Positions 63,594 through 64,000 of a DNA stretch of 64,000 nucleotides are shown in pieces. Source of the DNA: Octopus sinensis (taxonomy: Eukaryota); assembly GCF_006345805.1 (NCBI RefSeq), contig NC_043014.1:5580001-5644000 (forward strand), given 5' to 3'. The notes beneath the pieces were generated by a model. That model saw only the letters and a program-made list of their open reading frames with translations, did no database searches and was not told the origin of the DNA. The translations under genes and the position numbers were made by a program. Positions within the stretch are counted from its first letter, which is position 1. Each line of letters begins with the position of its first letter.

Positions 63594-64000
63594 TGTATGT
63601 ATTATGTATGTTTGTATGTATGTATGTGTGTATGTATGTGTTTGTGTATGTATGTATGTATGTATGTATGTATGTGTGTGTGTGTATGTATGTATTATGT
63701 ATGTGCGTATGTATGTACGTATGTATGTGTGTATGCATGTATGTGTATGTATGTATGGATTATGCTTATCTGTATGTACGTATGTATGTATGTTTGTATG
63801 TATTATGTATGTGCGTATGTATGTATGTACGTACGTATGTATGTGTGTATGTATGTATGTATGTATGTATGTATGTATGTATGTATGTATGTGTGTATGT
63901 ATGTATGTATGGATTATGCTTATCTGTATGTATGTGTGTATGTATGTATGTATGTATGTATGTATTCATGCATGCATATATGTGTATATATATTTCTTTA

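Larger units (their letters stand above)
60163..64000 (+). repeat. Direct segmental duplicate of about 53693-57139
   Basis: Colinear copy at an offset of about 6.47 kb with many 1-nt indels; runs to the window end. Confidence 0.92.

Overview
AT-rich, microsatellite- and TE-dense eukaryotic genomic DNA. The tRNA-derived SINE families and (TACA)n/(TA)n arrays point to an octopus genome (inference). The main content is a cluster of one multi-exon gene family that the ORF track shows only in fragments. Joining exons at GT-AG sites gives two complete 4-exon genes (exons 144+52+75+491 nt, 253 aa): gene A on - (31469->11789) and gene B on + (38915->50666). They lie head-to-head as the arms of a ~39-kb inverted duplication whose patchy identity suggests gene conversion. 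The predicted product is a type II membrane protein: short cytoplasmic tail, one hydrophobic segment, a charged stalk, and a Cys-rich C-terminal domain of the short-chain collagen C4 / collagen IV NC1-related type. It has no Gly-X-Y collagen repeat. The window also holds a diverged paralog (exons 2-4 at 199-2902, one 1-nt frameshift), an orphan dead exon (7781-7927) and the first exon of another paralog (58133). Paralogs differ in discrete hypervariable blocks within a conserved Cys framework. The TE background includes four SINE types, non-autonomous Helitrons, hAT and mariner MITEs, and Tc1, MULE, CR1, RTE and REL-type LINE remnants. Two RNA-level signals stand out: a 356-bp near-perfect palindrome carrying two minimal type I hammerhead ribozymes, and an unusually permuted hammerhead-like motif in the 3' UTR of a REL-type LINE, present in four copies. 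The last ~3.8 kb is a direct, indel-rich copy of 53.7-57.1 kb and may be an assembly artefact. TE boundaries marked approx. were read by eye; no database searches were run.
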